Shown here: in pieces, positions 60,576 to 64,000 of the stretch
How the letters are laid out: every line of letters begins with the position of its first letter
Position numbering within the stretch: the stretch's first letter is position 1
NCBI GenBank assembly: GCA_001661245.1
Contig: KV454011.1
Span: forward strand, 898,426 to 962,425
Direction: 5' to 3'
Source of the DNA: Pachysolen tannophilus NRRL Y-2460
Lineage: Eukaryota
DNA length: 64,000 nt
The notes under the pieces: generated by a model
What the model saw: only the letters and a program-made list of their open reading frames with translations
What the model was told of the DNA's origin: nothing
Databases searched by the model: none
Position numbers and translations under genes: made by a program

Positions 60576-61202
60576 CTTTTTTTGTTTTTTTTTCTATTTT
60601 AAATCAATTAAAACACCCAAATATCTCTCTTTATAGATCAATACGAAAAAGCTTACTTATTTAGTCTTAACTCCTTCCGCACTGAAATATACTTGTATTT
60701 ATAGTTGGGACTTGTAATTTTACTCTCAAATAAAATTGTGTCCCGATATTAAGGTCTTTACTTTCTGCTGTATATCGATATATGTATATATAACAAAAGG
60801 CAGTAGGAATAAGAATAATAGCTTTCTTAATATATAATAGTAAAATGCTATAAGATGAAACGATAACAAATAAAAAAAAAAAAAAAAAGAAAAAAAAATT
60901 CAATATAAGTAAAAAATTAAATTTTTACCAATATAATTCTACTTTTTACTTCTAAAATACTTTTAATCGATAGATTGATTGATACAACAATAATATTCCT
61001 CTTGTTTTAATTTAATTAATAGTTATTATGTTATGTTAAGTAAATTTTTTCTCTTTAAATATAAAAATTAAAAAAAATTAAAAAAAATTAAAAAAAAAAA
61101 TACTCGCCACAAATTACTTCGAAAAGTAATAATTAATGGGGCTAATTTAATTACCAATTTAAGGCATTTTTGTGGCTAGATTTTATTTATTTCTTTTCTC
61201 TT

Positions 61203-61269
61203 TGAAAATTTTTCATGCATAAAATAATAGGGTATAGTAAGATAGCAGGCGTCCCATCAGATCCTCATC
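61203..61269. promoter_or_regulatory. RRPE + PAC-like elements upstream of MSS116
   Basis: TGAAAATTTT 61203-61212; CTCATC 61264-61269. Confidence 0.5.
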
Positions 61270-61376
61270 TTCATAAATACATATATATATATATATATAT
61301 ATATAAGAATAGATATTTATATTGATAGATCTTTCAGAGTCCCTGGAGTTAATTCAGTAAGATATTTGTTTTTTAA

Positions 61377-63494
61377 ATGCAAAGAATTTCAAGGGTATTG
61401 GTACTCGCAAGTACTAGGAATAGCTTGAATTCTAAAATCATCTTGAATCAAGTCCGTTTATTTTCATCTGATCAGATAAAGTTAGAAGGCTACGATTATA
61501 CCAAGAGAGGAGGTTCTAAAAGTTATAAAAGTAACAGTTACGATAGATTCAGTAGTGGTAGAGGTGGATTTAAGAATGATAACAAGAGGAATTTTAGAAA
61601 TAACAATAACAACAATGATAAAAGATATAATAATAGATTTAATCAACGTTCAAATTATTTACTGGAAGAGGAAGAACCTTTGAAGGAAAGAACTTTTCCT
61701 CCTTTAAAGGAGTTGGATGAATCACTTAAGGTGATTAAGACGAGTAAAGTTGAAGATTCTTTGTTGGATGAAGATATTAAGAAAGCTTTCAAGAGACATG
61801 TTGGTGAAACTTTTACTCCATGTCAAGAACAATCGATAAATTATTTTGTTAATAATGAAAGAGGTATTATTGTTAGAGCAAAGACAGGGACTGGTAAGAC
61901 TTTTGCATTTGGATTACCTATTTTCCAAGGTTTGAAAGAGATGTCTAAAAACGCTAAAAAATTGACTTCTGTAGATTCTGTTATATTTGCACCAACTAGA
62001 GATTTAGCAGTACAAACTAAAAATTCTTTAGAAAAAGTTTGGATGGATTCAAAAACTTCAATAAGAAATAATAAAATTGTTTTAGTAACTGGTAAGATTC
62101 CTATTCGTGCTCAGTTACAAGCTTTTCAAGGCCATGAAAAACCACCGATTGTTGTGGCAACACCTGGTAGATTTATTGATTTAATTGAAAATGAACCAGC
62201 TTTCACTAATGCAATGAAAAACGTTCAGAACGTTGTTATTGATGAAGCTGATGAATTATTGAGTCAAAATTTTAAATCTGATTTGGAATCAATATTTGGT
62301 ACTTTGAAAAAATTAAGTGAAAATGAATCAGATGTCAAATTTAAGACTTTTTTATTTAGTGCAACCATGTCCAATAATGTGTATGAATTAGCTGATAATG
62401 TTATTGGTGAAGGATATGAGTTTATTGATGCCAATAAAGGTGAATCTACTGAAGTTAACAAGAACATCAAGCAGTCCTTAGTTGTTACTAACTCTATTTT
62501 TGAAAGTTATGCTTCTGCATTACAATTTATTAAATCTAAAGTTGAAAATCCAGATTTTAAACCAATTATTTTTTTACCAAATACTTATAGTGTTGATTTT
62601 TTCCATGATTTATTATTTAAATATTTGAAGCAACAAGAAAATGTTCCATCTTATATGCTTCCTCAAGTTTTAAAAATTCATGGTAAATTAACTCAAGGTG
62701 AACGTAATCGTGCTCAACGTGGTTTCAGAGGTGAAATGCAAACTGATAGATATGATAGATATTCAAGAGGTAAGAAACAACAACCTCAAAAAGCTAGATC
62801 ATCAATCTTGGTTGCTTCAAATGTTGTCTCTAGAGGAATGGATTTTCCAAATGTTACCCACGTTATCCAAATTGGTGTTAACCCAGATTTATCCAACTAT
62901 ACCCATAGAGTTGGTAGAACCGGTAGAGCAGGTAAAGAAGGTCATTCCTTATTGATTTCTACCGATTTTGAAATGCCATTTGTTAAGAAGTTGATTGAGC
63001 ATGGTAATGAGTTCCAAGAAGAGTTAACATACGAGAAAAATGAAGAACAAGAACAAATAATTAAAGAGTGTGCTAAAGGAATGAATTTCGAAGAAATTGC
63101 AAGTGTTAATCTTGGCGTTTATACCAACTTACCGTCAAGATATGGTGCTATCAAGAAAAGAGATTATATCAAAGGTTGTTCTGACTTATACAGGGATTTA
63201 CAAGTTGATCCAGAAGAACACGATAAACCATTTTTATCCAGGTCAGTAGCTCAAAGATTAGGTATGAATGATTCATATTCTTCCAAATACTTCAACATTG
63301 GAAGAAGAACTAGCGGATACCAACAAGATGATTATGATCAAGGTTTCAGTAGCAACAATAATGATAATTATGGTAAAAATAGATTCTCCAGTAATAACAA
63401 CTCTTATGAATCAAAGTATTCTAGCGATTCAAGGGGTTATAATAGTTCGAGAAACAGCAGTTCAAGAAATGACAGTTCAAGAAACAAATATTAG
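61377..63494 (+). CDS. MSS116: Mitochondrial DEAD-box RNA helicase Mss116
   Basis: Presequence; AKTGTGKT, PTRDLA, TPGR, DEAD, SAT, RGMDFP, HRVGRTGRAG; basic S/R/N-rich tail. Confidence 0.88.
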   Translation: MQRISRVLVLASTRNSLNSKIILNQVRLFSSDQIKLEGYDYTKRGGSKSYKSNSYDRFSSGRGGFKNDNKRNFRNNNNNNDKRYNNRFNQRSNYLLEEEEPLKERTFPPLKELDESLKVIKTSKVEDSLLDEDIKKAFKRHVGETFTPCQEQSINYFVNNERGIIVRAKTGTGKTFAFGLPIFQGLKEMSKNAKKLTSVDSVIFAPTRDLAVQTKNSLEKVWMDSKTSIRNNKIVLVTGKIPIRAQLQAFQGHEKPPIVVATPGRFIDLIENEPAFTNAMKNVQNVVIDEADELLSQNFKSDLESIFGTLKKLSENESDVKFKTFLFSATMSNNVYELADNVIGEGYEFIDANKGESTEVNKNIKQSLVVTNSIFESYASALQFIKSKVENPDFKPIIFLPNTYSVDFFHDLLFKYLKQQENVPSYMLPQVLKIHGKLTQGERNRAQRGFRGEMQTDRYDRYSRGKKQQPQKARSSILVASNVVSRGMDFPNVTHVIQIGVNPDLSNYTHRVGRTGRAGKEGHSLLISTDFEMPFVKKLIEHGNEFQEELTYEKNEEQEQIIKECAKGMNFEEIASVNLGVYTNLPSRYGAIKKRDYIKGCSDLYRDLQVDPEEHDKPFLSRSVAQRLGMNDSYSSKYFNIGRRTSGYQQDDYDQGFSSNNNDNYGKNRFSSNNNSYESKYSSDSRGYNSSRNSSSRNDSSRNKY

Positions 63495-63699
63495 GGCTAG
63501 TTCAACGCATCGTTTTGTAAAATAGTTGGTTATATTATATATCTTTTCAGTTTAGTTCCAAGTCTTGTATATAGCTATTAAAAGAATAGTAAAAGAATTA
63601 AGTCGTGTGTAGAAGTTTTTTCTCTATTTTATACCAAATTTTTAAATGAAAATATAGTTGAAGAAGTTGATATTTGGATATTGAAAGTGTGTATGGAAG

Positions 63700-64000
63700 A
63701 TGTTTCCGTCCAAGGTCTATGTATTGGGAGTGGGGAGTATAGGTTGTCTTGTTTCAACGCAGCTTGCAAAGATTTCGGATAGGCAAATTGTATTGTTATT
63801 GAAAGATGAATTAACTTTGAACAAGTTTTTAAATAATGAATCAACTTTAAGATATGAAAATTTGATAAATTTGAGGAACCCAATAATACAAGATTTTAAA
63901 TTTAAAGCTCTTTCAAGTGTTCCTAAGAACCAGTTTGGCAAAGTAGATTTTATTGAAAATTTAATAGTGACTACGAAATCGTATCAAACTTTACGAGGTT
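63700..64000 (+). CDS. CBS2: Partial ketopantoate-reductase-fold protein, probably Cbs2 (COB mRNA translational activator); absent from the ORF track
   Basis: Hand translation: MFPSKVYVLGVGSIGCLV...VLLLKDELTLNKFLNNES...IENLIVTTKSYQT, running off the window edge; VLLL.D...LN.FLNN.S and IENLIV resemble Cbs2 as recalled; position beside MSS116/REF2 fits. Pan5 not excluded. Confidence 0.65.
   Translation, partial: MFPSKVYVLGVGSIGCLVSTQLAKISDRQIVLLLKDELTLNKFLNNESTLRYENLINLRNPIIQDFKFKALSSVPKNQFGKVDFIENLIVTTKSYQTLRG

Noticed and set aside
63629..63941. Two short minus-strand ORFs at the window end
   Set aside because: Antisense to the plus-strand Cbs2-like gene starting at 63700.

Overview
AT-rich, gene-dense chromosomal window from a budding yeast (Saccharomycotina). 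CTG codon contexts suggest CUG is not read as Leu, most likely Ala (Pachysolen/Nakazawaea-type code). It holds about 24 protein genes (CCW12-like, AVL9, TRM82, RVB1, HST4, GPN3, MSC2, SUL1/2, ARG81-like, PAH1, TCB1/2, LIP2, FAR10/VPS64, BNA5, two beta-mannosyltransferases, ERG7, CSC1, ARV1, NUP42, EBS1/EST1, UME6, REF2-like, MSS116, partial CBS2-like), three tRNAs (Met, intron-containing Tyr, Arg) and four spliceosomal introns. Gene names come from recalled motifs and synteny, not from database searches. The main finding is that two genes about 16 kb apart, a beta-1,2-mannosyltransferase and UME6, are each split across opposite strands by a small, clean inversion (686 bp and 1090 bp). Each inversion is bounded by short inverted microhomology, and flipping it back restores one intact in-frame ORF. 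This could be a reversible DNA switch, recent mutations or an assembly artefact. TRM82 and EBS1 each carry a -1 frameshift in an A-run, probably homopolymer errors.
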